The position numbers and the translations under genes are program-made. Below the pieces are notes generated by a model. That model was given only the letters and a program-made list of their open reading frames with translations, did not search any database and had not been told where the DNA came from. Shown in pieces: positions 13,228-22,413 of a stretch of 64,000 bases of DNA. The stretch is from positions 31,831-95,830 of the forward strand of contig JAVVEZ010000001.1 in the NCBI GenBank assembly GCA_032250895.1, in the 5' to 3' direction. This DNA is from Pseudomonadales bacterium. GTDB lineage: Bacteria > Pseudomonadota > Gammaproteobacteria > Pseudomonadales > Pseudohongiellaceae. Numbering within the stretch: the stretch's first letter is position 1; the number at the start of each line of letters is the position of its first letter.

Positions 13228-14034
13228 ATGAGCTACCATCGTTTTAAACAAAAGGTTTTTGTTCCGTTACTGGTAATGCCGACTCTGTTTTTTTTGACGG
13301 GTTCGGCAAGCGGCCAGGATACCGTGGTGAATACCCAGATATTGGACCGGGCAGGGGAAATAGCAGAAAAGGCTTTTGCAGCCGCCAAAGAATCCCAGGT
13401 CAGGATCAATAAGTTATCCGACCAGGCTGATGAATTGCTCGGCCAATACCGGGATGAAGCCAAAATCGTCGATGGCCTGGTGGTTTACAACGCCGGCATG
13501 CGAAGAACCATCGCGGAGCAGGAAAAAACCATTGCCCGTTATGACAAATCGATCACTGAAGCCGCCGAGCTGCAGAGGCAGATCCCCCCTCTGATGGAAA
13601 GAATGATGGTGGCGCTGGAGCAGTTTGTTGCACTTGATCTGCCTTTCCAGGTAGAAGCCAGACAGCAAAGACTCGATCTGATCCGTGGTGCCTTTGATGA
13701 GGCCAACGTTTCCATTGCAGAAAAATTCCGTCTCGTTCTGCAGGCTTATCAAATAGAAAGCGGTTATGGCCGCACCATGTCCTCCTATACCGATAATCTG
13801 GAAATAAATGGTGTTGAAAGAGACGTGGATATTCTTCAGGTGGGTCGTATCGCCCTGATTTATCAAACCAGTGATCAGACGTCAACCGGGGTCTGGGACA
13901 AAAATGCCAAGCAGTGGCTTGCCTTGCCGGACAGTTACAGAAGGCCTGTGGCCAATGGCATTCGTATGGCGAAGAATCTGGCCAGTACCGAGATTCTTGA
14001 ATTACCGATTATTGCTCCGGAGTCAGTACAATGA
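13228..14034 (+). CDS. ttpB: DUF3450/TtpB-type periplasmic coiled-coil protein of a TonB2-type system
   Basis: 268 aa with a signal peptide and coiled-coil-rich sequence. ATGA overlap with the next gene. Position and size match the first gene of the Vibrio-type ttpB-ttpC-exbB2-exbD2-tonB2-ttpD cluster. Confidence 0.6.
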   Translation: MSYHRFKQKVFVPLLVMPTLFFLTGSASGQDTVVNTQILDRAGEIAEKAFAAAKESQVRINKLSDQADELLGQYRDEAKIVDGLVVYNAGMRRTIAEQEKTIARYDKSITEAAELQRQIPPLMERMMVALEQFVALDLPFQVEARQQRLDLIRGAFDEANVSIAEKFRLVLQAYQIESGYGRTMSSYTDNLEINGVERDVDILQVGRIALIYQTSDQTSTGVWDKNAKQWLALPDSYRRPVANGIRMAKNLASTEILELPIIAPESVQ

Positions 14035-15452
14035 ATTTTATAAGAAAAACGGCATTAACCTTTTCGGCTGGCTTCCTGTGTCTGTTCATGCAGCAGGTCC
14101 TGGCCCAGCAACCCGCAGCGGCGCCAGCTCCTGCAGTTCCACAAATGGCGAGCAGTCTCGATGACCTGCTGAAGAAAGTCGAAGAGGCGCGCCTGAATGA
14201 GACGGAAGAACAAAAACAAAGAGAAGCCCAGTTCCGGGCCAATGTCAGTCAGCAGCAGTCTCTGTTGAATGAGATGCGGCAACGACGTGCGAATGAAGAA
14301 CGGATCAGTGTGGATCTGGAAAGCAAATACAATGAAAATGAAATCATCAAGGCCCAGCGGGATGCCACGCTGAAAGAGCGCCTGGGTGATCTGGATGAAT
14401 TGTTTGGTACCATTGCCGGTGTGGTAGGCGATACCCGCAGCAATTTTGAAGCCTCCCTGGTCAGTGCCCAGTTCCCGGGCCGGGAAGCTTTTCTGGATGA
14501 ACTGGCGGCAACCGCTACCAGCGACTCTGATCTGCCCAGCATTGAAGAGTTGGAAAGACTGTGGTTCTACCTCTTGCAGGAAATGACCGAATCTGGCCGG
14601 GTGTCCGAATTCACCGCCAATGTCGCACAGCCTGATGGCACTCAGAGTGAGCAGGCAGTGGTCCGTATCGGCTCCTACAATATCGTCTCCAATGGCCAGT
14701 ACCTGACCTTCAATCCCAACACCAAGCGTCTGAGCGTACTGCCCAGGCAGCCTGCTGGATACACGGATACTGCCGTGGCCATCCAGAATGCGACATCCGG
14801 ATTCACCACTGTAGGTATCGACCCTACCGGTCCCACCGGCGGTTCCTATCTGGCAGCGCTGATCAGCAGTCCAAACCTGCAGGAGCGCGTTGAGCAAGGT
14901 GGTACGGTGGGTAATATCATCATTGCGCTGGGTATCGTGGCCTTGTTGTTTGCGCTGGAAAGGTTGTTCACACTGGGCATGATCGGTTCCAAGGTGAGCT
15001 CACAGCTCAAGCACCCTGGCAAGCCCAACAAGAACAATCCGCTGGGCCGGGTCCTGATGGTCTATGAAAGTGACCGAACCATGGACATCGAAACCCTGGA
15101 ACTGAAGCTGGGTGAGGCCATCCTGCAAGAGACACCAAAGCTGGAGAAATTCCTGACCCTGCTGAAGATTATCGCCACAGTAGCTCCTTTGATGGGTCTG
15201 CTCGGAACGGTAACCGGTATGATCCAGGTGTTTCAGGCCATTACCTTGTTCGGTACCGGCGACCCCCAGATCATGGCGGGTGGTATTTCCGGCGCCTTGG
15301 TGACAACTGTTTTGGGTCTGGTTGTGGCGATTCCGACGGTACTGCTGCATACCCTGGTAAAAGGGCGCAGTGACCGCATCATCCATGTGCTGGAAGAACA
15401 GGCCACCGGTATCATTGCCAGAAAATCCGAGGCTGGTGAATCAAAAGCTTAA
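14031..15452 (+). CDS. ttpC: Large MotA/TolQ/ExbB-family proton-channel protein (TtpC-type)
   Basis: 473 aa. Long periplasmic N-terminal domain plus a C-terminal MotA/TolQ/ExbB channel motif (VAPLMGLLGTVTGMIQVFQAI). Confidence 0.8.
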   Translation: MNFIRKTALTFSAGFLCLFMQQVLAQQPAAAPAPAVPQMASSLDDLLKKVEEARLNETEEQKQREAQFRANVSQQQSLLNEMRQRRANEERISVDLESKYNENEIIKAQRDATLKERLGDLDELFGTIAGVVGDTRSNFEASLVSAQFPGREAFLDELAATATSDSDLPSIEELERLWFYLLQEMTESGRVSEFTANVAQPDGTQSEQAVVRIGSYNIVSNGQYLTFNPNTKRLSVLPRQPAGYTDTAVAIQNATSGFTTVGIDPTGPTGGSYLAALISSPNLQERVEQGGTVGNIIIALGIVALLFALERLFTLGMIGSKVSSQLKHPGKPNKNNPLGRVLMVYESDRTMDIETLELKLGEAILQETPKLEKFLTLLKIIATVAPLMGLLGTVTGMIQVFQAITLFGTGDPQIMAGGISGALVTTVLGLVVAIPTVLLHTLVKGRSDRIIHVLEEQATGIIARKSEAGESKA

Positions 15453-15484
15453 CTTAAGCTGGATCTACTTTTGGAGAAGAGCTT

Positions 15485-16021
15485 ATGTATTTTGCTTTAA
15501 TGGAAAGTATCGAATCCATCTCTGCTTTCATGGAGAGGGGTGGGCAGGTGCTCTGGCTGATTGCGCTGCTGCTGTTTGTAAAATGGACCCTGTTGTTTGA
15601 ACGTGCGTGGTTTCTCAAAACCACGCACAAGAAAAATGTCAGAGCCGCGTTGAGCGAATGGGAGGCCAGGTCTGACAAGAGCTCCTGGAATGCCCATGCC
15701 ATCAGGCAGCAGTTGATTTCAGGCGTTTCCCTCGACCTCAAATCCACCATTCCGGTGATCGAAGTCCTCGTGGTGATCTGTCCCCTGCTCGGTCTGCTGG
15801 GTACCGTGACCGGCATGATCGAGGTCTTTTATGTGATGGCCGTGACCGGCGGTGGCGATGCCAAGCAGATGTCCGGGGGGGTCGCCAAGGCGACCATTCC
15901 CACTATGGCAGGCATGGTGGGGGCGTTGTCCGGAATTTTTGCCAGTAATTGGTTAAAGCACAAGGCTACTATGGAAATGGAGTTGTTGGAAGACCACCTC
16001 ACCATTCACCATGGACACTAA
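15485..16021 (+). CDS. exbB: ExbB/TolQ-family proton channel protein
   Basis: 178 aa, three TM helices, motif CPLLGLLGTVTGMIEVF. Confidence 0.88.
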   Translation: MYFALMESIESISAFMERGGQVLWLIALLLFVKWTLLFERAWFLKTTHKKNVRAALSEWEARSDKSSWNAHAIRQQLISGVSLDLKSTIPVIEVLVVICPLLGLLGTVTGMIEVFYVMAVTGGGDAKQMSGGVAKATIPTMAGMVGALSGIFASNWLKHKATMEMELLEDHLTIHHGH

Positions 16022-16045
16022 AACGAGCCAAGCAGCAGGTCAACT

Positions 16046-16450
16046 ATGAAAGGTTTTGGAAAAGCAAAAGATGAAGAGCAGGCGGGTGAGATCGATCTCA
16101 CCCCCATGCTCGATGTAGTATTTATTCTGCTGATCTTCTTTATCGTGACGGCGGTTTTTGTCAAGGAAGCCGGCTACGATGTTTTGAGGCCGGTTGCTGC
16201 CACCAGTGAGCCGACGACCATGGAACCCATTCTCATTGCGATTTCTCCGGCCGGTGAGATATGGATGGATGGCGATATCGTACTGCCACGGAATGTCCGG
16301 CTGAGAATTGAGCAGCGGGTGGCAGAATCACCGAATGCCGGCGTTGTCATACAGGCAGATCAGGGGGCACCCAATGAGTTTGTCCTGATCGTACTGAATG
16401 CAGCCAGGGAAGCTGAGGTTACCAATGTACAGATTGCAGCGGAGGAATAG
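16046..16450 (+). CDS. exbD: ExbD/TolR-family protein
   Basis: 134 aa. Has the conserved Asp-containing TM region (EIDLTPMLDVVFILLIFFIV). Confidence 0.9.
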   Translation: MKGFGKAKDEEQAGEIDLTPMLDVVFILLIFFIVTAVFVKEAGYDVLRPVAATSEPTTMEPILIAISPAGEIWMDGDIVLPRNVRLRIEQRVAESPNAGVVIQADQGAPNEFVLIVLNAAREAEVTNVQIAAEE

Positions 16451-16453
16451 GTC

Positions 16454-17068
16454 ATGATCAGAATTGTCAATCTTGGTATTGCAGTTTTGTTGGCGGCAGT
16501 CGTTACCACTTCATTGTTTTTTCTGATGCAGCTGTTGATTGCTTCGGGGCTGACTCAGCCGGAGCGCGGTGAGCAGCGAAAGATTGCGGATATCACGATG
16601 CCGCAACAGGAAGTGGTGATCCAGCGTCAGGAACCGAAACCTGAAAAGGTGGAGGAACCCGAGGAGATACCCGATCTGCCTGATCAGACCATTCAATTGA
16701 CGGCTCCCACCGGCCCCGGGATCAGCCTGGCAAGAGTGAATATTGATCTGGGTGACGTTGGCAATGGTGCCACTATTTCGGCAGCGGATGCCGAATATCT
16801 GCCCATTGTAACGATTGCCCCCCAATACCCACAGCGAGCGCTGGCAAGGGGCATCGAGGGCTGGTGCCAGGTGATGTTTACAGTGACTGAAAATGGTACG
16901 GTCGTGGACCCTGTCGTGGTGGATGCGGAACCGCCGAATATTTTTGACAGCTCTTCGATAAGGGCTGTACAGCGCTTCAAATTCAATCCACGGACCAAGG
17001 ATGGTCAGCCTGTCAGAACGCCTGGTGTCCAATACGTTTTCCGTTACAATCTTGATCAGGATCAGTAA
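16454..17068 (+). CDS. tonB: TonB energy transducer (TonB2-type)
   Basis: 204 aa. N-terminal TM helix, a Pro/Glu-rich spacer (QEPKPEKVEEPEEIPDLPDQ) and a TonB_C domain (YPQRALARGIEGWCQVMFTVTENGTV...RFKFNP). Confidence 0.88.
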   Translation: MIRIVNLGIAVLLAAVVTTSLFFLMQLLIASGLTQPERGEQRKIADITMPQQEVVIQRQEPKPEKVEEPEEIPDLPDQTIQLTAPTGPGISLARVNIDLGDVGNGATISAADAEYLPIVTIAPQYPQRALARGIEGWCQVMFTVTENGTVVDPVVVDAEPPNIFDSSSIRAVQRFKFNPRTKDGQPVRTPGVQYVFRYNLDQDQ

Positions 17069-17081
17069 AAGGGCCAATGAC

Positions 17082-18485
17082 ATGAACAAAGAGAATATAA
17101 ACAAGCTCAAAATGTCCCGGAATTTATGTGCGGGTTTTACGTCCCTGACACTCGCCGCCGCCTTTCTGACGGTCTTGCCGGTAGTCGATTCGGCCATCAA
17201 CCTGAATATGTTCAGCCATACCCAGGTGCTGGCACAAAGAGCCGCCGATGAGACCAGGCCCCCGCCAGCCACCCGGCAGGCGCAGACTCTCAGCCAGAGA
17301 GTGTTCCGTGTGATTGAAAATGTCATGGAACTGCGCGACGAGAAGGAAGACTATGCCGGTGCTCTCAAGGCACTGGATGAAATCAAGGCCATGAATGACG
17401 CAGGGCGGCTCAATGATTATGAACAGTTCACCATGTGGCTGTTCTACGCCAGTATCGACCAGGCCCAGGAACGCTATGCAGAAGCCGTCCTCTCCTATGA
17501 GCAAATACTGAAGCTTCCGAACCTGACACCAGACCAGCGCGAGCAGGCCCTGTCAATTATTGGGCAGCTCTACTATGTGCTGGAAGACTACCGGAAAGCC
17601 ATCGATGCGCTGAAAAAATATCTGGAAGTGGCAGTCGACCCCAGCCCGGATATGTATCTGCGCATAGGTACGGCCTATTATCAGCTCGATGAGTTCCAGG
17701 AAGCCATTCCCTTCGTTTTGCGCAATATGGAACTTGAGCTCGCTTCCGGTGATCTCGTTCCCGAATCCACTTATGGCCTGTTGAGGGCTCTCTATCTGTC
17801 GGTGGAGGATTATCCCAAGGCCAAACAGGTCCTGCGGGAGATGGTCGTGCTCTTCAACAAGCCTGAGGACTGGGGTTTTCTGGCTTCCATTCACGGTCAG
17901 ATGGAAGAGTTTCCGCAGCAACTTCAAACCTACTATGTCGCCAACGCCATGGGTTATCTGGAATCGGAGAATCAGCTGATGAATCTGGCTTTTCAGCTTT
18001 TCAACAACGATAATCCTTACGGTGCGGCAAAACTGGTGGCCGATGGCATTGCCGCTGGCGTGATCAAGGAAACGGAAAGCAACCTGTCTTTCCTGTCACA
18101 GAGCTGGCAGATTGCCCGTGAAGATGAAAAGGCCATCGAGCCCTTGATAAAGGCTGCGGAAATTTCGGAAGAGGATGCCGGCGAGCTGTATGCACGTTTG
18201 GGCCGGGCCTATCTCAACCTGTCGGAGTTTAAAAAGGCTGCTGATGCTTTCGAGACGGCTTTGAAGGAAGGTAAACTGGACCGTCCGGATCAGGTGCGTA
18301 TCACGCAGGCGAGAGCCTTGATGGATGCCAAGGAATTCGACAAAGCCTTGACTGTCCTGAAAGAAGCTGCAAAAGATCAACGCAGCAAAACGCTTGCCAA
18401 TACCTGGATCAAGGTGGTGGAAAGTGAGAAAGCCAGGGAGGACTCTCTGCAAGAAAGGAGAGAACTCTACAAAGGTTTTTTCTGA
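17082..18485 (+). CDS. ttpD: TPR-repeat protein, TtpD-type last gene of the TonB2 cluster
   Basis: In-frame ATG at 17082 (MNKENINKLKMSRNLCAGFTSLTLAAAFL... signal peptide) within ORF 17001-18485. TPR-like repeats are present throughout. Followed by a strong terminator. Confidence 0.65.
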   Translation: MNKENINKLKMSRNLCAGFTSLTLAAAFLTVLPVVDSAINLNMFSHTQVLAQRAADETRPPPATRQAQTLSQRVFRVIENVMELRDEKEDYAGALKALDEIKAMNDAGRLNDYEQFTMWLFYASIDQAQERYAEAVLSYEQILKLPNLTPDQREQALSIIGQLYYVLEDYRKAIDALKKYLEVAVDPSPDMYLRIGTAYYQLDEFQEAIPFVLRNMELELASGDLVPESTYGLLRALYLSVEDYPKAKQVLREMVVLFNKPEDWGFLASIHGQMEEFPQQLQTYYVANAMGYLESENQLMNLAFQLFNNDNPYGAAKLVADGIAAGVIKETESNLSFLSQSWQIAREDEKAIEPLIKAAEISEEDAGELYARLGRAYLNLSEFKKAADAFETALKEGKLDRPDQVRITQARALMDAKEFDKALTVLKEAAKDQRSKTLANTWIKVVESEKAREDSLQERRELYKGFF

Positions 18486-18540
18486 GGGCAACAGTTTGTT
18501 GAAAAAGTCCGTCCATGACCCGGCTTAGCAGGGGGTTTGT

Positions 18541-18570
18541 AAAAAACGCATCTTCGGATGCGTTTTTTTT
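18541..18570 (+). terminator. Rho-independent terminator (AAAAAACGCATC-TTCG-GATGCGTTTTTTTT), symmetric so potentially bidirectional
   Basis: Perfect 12-bp stem, tetraloop and T-run, read from the sequence directly after ttpD. Confidence 0.85.
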
Positions 18571-18629
18571 GGCCTTGAATATCAGGATTTTGGCCCAATA
18601 ATGCTGTCTGTGCACTTCGTAATCCATTC

Positions 18630-20561
18630 ATGGGAGACAAACCACCAATGACCGCGACAGCAGGAAAGGAAACCCTGGGGTTTCAAACTGAAGCGAAACA
18701 ACTGCTTCATCTGATGATTCATTCCTTGTACAGCAACAAGGAAATATTTCTGAGAGAACTGATTTCAAATGCTTCTGATGCGGCAGACAAGCTGCGTTTT
18801 GAAGCTCTGGCAGATCCCAAACTGTATGAAGATGACACCGATCTGAAGATAGTCGTGGAAGCTGACAGCAAGAAAAAGACCCTGACCATCCGCGACAATG
18901 GCATTGGCATGAACCGGACGGAGGTGATCGATCACCTGGGAACGATTGCCAAATCCGGTACGGCACAGTTTCTCGCGAAGCTCAGTGGTGATGAAAAGAA
19001 GGATTCACAATTGATTGGCCAGTTCGGCGTTGGTTTTTACTCGGCTTTTATCGTGGCCGATAAAGTGGAGGTACTGACGCGTCACGCAGGCGATGCTCCG
19101 GAGCAGGGTGTGAGATGGGAATCTGCCGGTGAAGCGGAGTTCAGTATTGAAAATATCGAAAAAAAGGAGCGTGGCACTACCGTTATTCTTCATCTCAAAA
19201 AAAATGAGAAAGAATTTTCGGAACTGTATCGCTTGCGCAGTATCGTGAAAAAATATGCCGATCATATTTCCCTGCCGGTGATGATGGAGAAGCAGAACTT
19301 CGGTGCCGACGAGGAAGCGCAGAAAAAGAAAACTGAAGTGGAATTTGAGACAGTCAATTCTGCAAAAGCCCTGTGGACACGTCCCCGCACGGATATCAAA
19401 GACGAGGAATACAAAGAATTCTACAAGCACGTCTCCCATGACTTTGGTGATCCTCTGGATTGGAGCCACAATAAAGTCGAAGGCAAGCTCGAATACACCA
19501 GCCTTCTGTATATTCCGGCAAGAGCGCCGTTTGATCTATGGAATCGCGATGCGTCGAGAGGTCTTAAACTGTATGTACAGAAAGTGTTCATCATGGATGA
19601 TGCCGAACAGTTTTTGCCACTTTATCTGCGTTTTGTAAAAGGCATTGTCGACTCCAGGGATATTGCCCTGAATGTCTCGCGCGAGATTCTTCAGCAGGAT
19701 CCTGCCGTTGACTCGATGAAAAGTGCCCTGACCAAGCGGGTGCTGGATATGCTTGAAAAAATGAAGAAAAAGGACTTCGATAAATACAAATCCTTCTGGA
19801 AGGAGTTTGGGCCGGTCATCAAGGAGGGGCCTTCCGAAGATCACAGCAACAAGGAAAAGATAGCAAAGTTGATGCTGTTTGCTACCACTCATACCAATAC
19901 CGCCGAACAGGATCAATCCCTGCAAGATTACGTGGCGCGAATGAAGCCTGAACAGAAGAAAATTTACTACATCACCAGCGAAACTTACAATACGGCAAGA
20001 AACAGCCCGCATCTCGAAGTCTTTACCAAAAAGGGCGTGGAGGTCTTGTTATTGACAGATCGTGTCGATGAATGGCTGATGAGTCACCTGACCGAATTTG
20101 ATGGCAAGCCGTTCCAGGATATTACCAAGGGAGAACTGGATCTTGGCGACCTGGACAGCGATGAGGACAAGGAAAAACAAAAACGCGAGGATGAACAGGC
20201 CAAACCACTGCTGGAAAGGATCAAAAGCAGTCTCGGCGAGCGTGTGACTGATGTCAGAACCACCCACAGACTCACGGATTCACCGGCTTGCCTGGCCCTG
20301 GGTGAGCATGATATGGGAGCCCAGATGCGTAAAATCATGGAAGCGGCGGGGCAGAAAATGCCAGAGTCGAAACCAGTGTTTGAAATCAATCCCGGTCATC
20401 CTTTGATCCAGAAACTCGATCAGGAGAGTGACGAGGACCATTTCAATGATCTGGCCGCCATCCTGTTTGATCAGGCCAGCCTTGCTGAGGGGGGGCAACT
20501 GGATGACCCGGGCACTTACATCAAACGTCTCAACAAACTGCTGTTGGAGCTGAGCCACTGA
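18630..20561 (+). CDS. htpG: Molecular chaperone HtpG (Hsp90)
   Basis: Contains [38 protein letters not shown] and [11 protein letters not shown]; full-length Hsp90. The true start may be the in-frame ATG at 18648, which is preceded by GGGAGA. Confidence 0.97.
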   Translation: MGDKPPMTATAGKETLGFQTEAKQLLHLMIHSLYSNKEIFLRELISNASDAADKLRFEALADPKLYEDDTDLKIVVEADSKKKTLTIRDNGIGMNRTEVIDHLGTIAKSGTAQFLAKLSGDEKKDSQLIGQFGVGFYSAFIVADKVEVLTRHAGDAPEQGVRWESAGEAEFSIENIEKKERGTTVILHLKKNEKEFSELYRLRSIVKKYADHISLPVMMEKQNFGADEEAQKKKTEVEFETVNSAKALWTRPRTDIKDEEYKEFYKHVSHDFGDPLDWSHNKVEGKLEYTSLLYIPARAPFDLWNRDASRGLKLYVQKVFIMDDAEQFLPLYLRFVKGIVDSRDIALNVSREILQQDPAVDSMKSALTKRVLDMLEKMKKKDFDKYKSFWKEFGPVIKEGPSEDHSNKEKIAKLMLFATTHTNTAEQDQSLQDYVARMKPEQKKIYYITSETYNTARNSPHLEVFTKKGVEVLLLTDRVDEWLMSHLTEFDGKPFQDITKGELDLGDLDSDEDKEKQKREDEQAKPLLERIKSSLGERVTDVRTTHRLTDSPACLALGEHDMGAQMRKIMEAAGQKMPESKPVFEINPGHPLIQKLDQESDEDHFNDLAAILFDQASLAEGGQLDDPGTYIKRLNKLLLELSH

Positions 20562-20574
20562 ACGCCTGACATTA

Positions 20575-20604
20575 CTCCCGACAGGCCTCCTGGGCCGTCG
20601 GGAG
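20575..20604 (+). terminator. GC-rich hairpin after htpG (CTCCCGAC-A-GGCC / GGCC-GTCGGGAG) with only a weak T tract
   Basis: Read from the sequence. The core CCCGACAGGCCTCCTGG resembles the terminus of the palindromic element at 22171-22339. Confidence 0.45.
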
Positions 20605-20687
20605 GCTTCCGTGTTGCGCGCGGCGGGGTGTCTCGCCGGTATAATCCTTTAATCTGCGGGCTCCTGTTGCCCATTTACGGGTCTGTC

Positions 20688-21707
20688 ATGGCTGATAAAT
20701 TTTCTTTTGCCTTGCGTGTTGCCTGCCTGCTGTTTGCTGCTGGATTGTTGGCCTGTTCTTCCGAAGAAGACCGCCCGAACGATACGACGGCGGCCCCGCT
20801 TTCTGAGGTATTCCGCAACAAGGTGGTGGAAACGTCTCTGGATGGAATCCCTGGGAATCTGGTCAGCAGTCTGCGTGAGATTGGTGCTAACACGAATATT
20901 CCCGCCACTGCCGCCTTGTATGCGCCCACGTTTACAAAAAGCTATTTTGCCGGCTTCAACATCAACCGGGATATTGCCTACGGTCCGGCGCCACGCAATG
21001 TACTGGATGTCTTTACCACCAACAGTACAGCACAGAATCGGCCGGTGGTGGTCTTCGTGCATGGCGGTGGTTTTGGCGGCGGGAATAAAAACTCTGCCAC
21101 CTCACCTTTTTACGACAATATTCCAGCCTGGGTTGCCACGCAGGGCATGGTGGGCGTCAACATAAACTACCGTTACGCGCCCGCGAACACCTGGCCTGCG
21201 GGTATTGAGGACATGCGTGCGCTGGTCGCATGGCTGAAAACGAATATCGCCCAGTATGGGGGAAATCCCAATCAGATATTCCTGTGGGGCAAGTCGACGG
21301 GGGCTTCCCATGTCGCTGATTACATCGCTGATATTGAACGCAAAGGTGAAGATGAGCAGGTGGCCGGCGCCATTTTGAGCTCAGGGTTCTATTTGCTGGG
21401 TCAGGAGCCTGTGTGGCAGGCTTACTATGGCGATGATGTTTCGCTGTACCCTTCCCGCAATGCCCTGTCAGGACTTTTGTCCACGGATACTCCGATCTTC
21501 GTGAGTTATGCGGAGTTTGATGGAGACATGTACAAGGAACAGTTCAAACTGTTGCTGGAAGCAATGGATAGTGCAGCAAAGAGAGTCGATGCCCTGTATC
21601 TGCGAGGGCATTCCCATATGTCAGAAACTTATGCGGTAGGAAGCACGGATGAAACACTGACGGGGCCGGTTCTGGCTTTTATCCGCCGTGTGAGTACAGC
21701 CATGTAG
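20688..21707 (+). CDS. Alpha/beta-hydrolase-fold lipoprotein (carboxylesterase/lipase-like, HGGG type)
   Basis: In-frame ATG 20688 gives MADKFSFALRVACLLFAAGLLAC|SSEE (lipobox). Has the oxyanion motif VVVFVHGGGFGGG and the nucleophile elbow GKSTG. Confidence 0.8.
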   Translation: MADKFSFALRVACLLFAAGLLACSSEEDRPNDTTAAPLSEVFRNKVVETSLDGIPGNLVSSLREIGANTNIPATAALYAPTFTKSYFAGFNINRDIAYGPAPRNVLDVFTTNSTAQNRPVVVFVHGGGFGGGNKNSATSPFYDNIPAWVATQGMVGVNINYRYAPANTWPAGIEDMRALVAWLKTNIAQYGGNPNQIFLWGKSTGASHVADYIADIERKGEDEQVAGAILSSGFYLLGQEPVWQAYYGDDVSLYPSRNALSGLLSTDTPIFVSYAEFDGDMYKEQFKLLLEAMDSAAKRVDALYLRGHSHMSETYAVGSTDETLTGPVLAFIRRVSTAM

Positions 21708-21758
21708 AAGGGTTTGCTGCCAAGGTTTTCAATGAGAATTCACTTGGAAGCAAACCTT
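21708..21758. terminator. Imperfect hairpin between the convergent esterase and csp genes (AAGGGTTTGCTGCCAAGG ... CTTGGAAGCAAACCTT). Possible bidirectional terminator.
   Basis: Inverted repeat with one bulge and one mismatch and an ~18-nt loop, read from the sequence. Confidence 0.4.
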
Positions 21759-21788
21759 GTCTGACAGTGTTGAACAGCCTTGGGCTGA

Positions 21789-21998
21789 TCAGCAAACCAC
21801 CACGTTTTCGGCTTGAGGACCTTTCTGGCTCTGGCCAACAGTGAAGCTGACTTCCTGGCCCTCGGCCAGACTTTTGAAACCAGCACTTTGAATGGCGCTG
21901 TAATGGACAAAAATATCCTGGCCGTCATTTCGGGTAATGAAACCAAAACCTTTTGATTCATTGAAAAATTTAACGCGGCCCAAGGCTGTATCAGACAT
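21789..21998 (-). CDS. cspA: Cold-shock protein, CspA family
   Basis: 69 aa. Sequence [30 protein letters not shown] contains the RNP1 and RNP2 motifs. Confidence 0.93.
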   Translation of the reverse strand: MSDTALGRVKFFNESKGFGFITRNDGQDIFVHYSAIQSAGFKSLAEGQEVSFTVGQSQKGPQAENVVVC

Positions 21999-22170
21999 AG
22001 CAATATCCTGTAATAAAAATAATTGGTATTAGCGTAAAAATTGCTTATAGAAGTGATTTACAGGACGAAAAACCGGGAAGAAGTGTTCGAAGTGTAGTAC
22101 AAATATACAGCCGGATTTCTAGGCTGGACGCAGTCTACGCCCGTTTTTCACGAAGTCAAGGTTTATCTGC

Positions 22171-22339
22171 CTAGGAGCCTGTCGGACTCAGGATAGTTCT
22201 ACTGCGGCGGCGGGAAATCGGCCCCTTTTTCCGCTCTTTTTCGTTAAATAGACCCCACTATTCGCCTCAAAAGACCGAAAAAATGGACTCGATTTCCCAC
22301 TCGCCTCGCTACGAACACCTGAGTCCGACAGGCTCCTGG
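22171..22339. repeat. ~169-bp non-coding palindromic MITE/REP-like element
   Basis: Perfect 20-nt terminal inverted repeats AGGAGCCTGTCGGACTCAGG (22173-22192) and CCTGAGTCCGACAGGCTCCT (22318-22337). The arms continue imperfectly inward (GGGAAATCG / CGATTTCCC). CTGC lies on both flanks (22167-22170 and 22340-22343), a possible 4-bp target-site duplication. Confidence 0.6.
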
Positions 22340-22413
22340 CTGCTGTTCTTGCCGGCCGACATGATCTCCCTGCAAGACCAGGCCTGTCCTGACTTTGCAG
22401 GGCAACACGCTAT

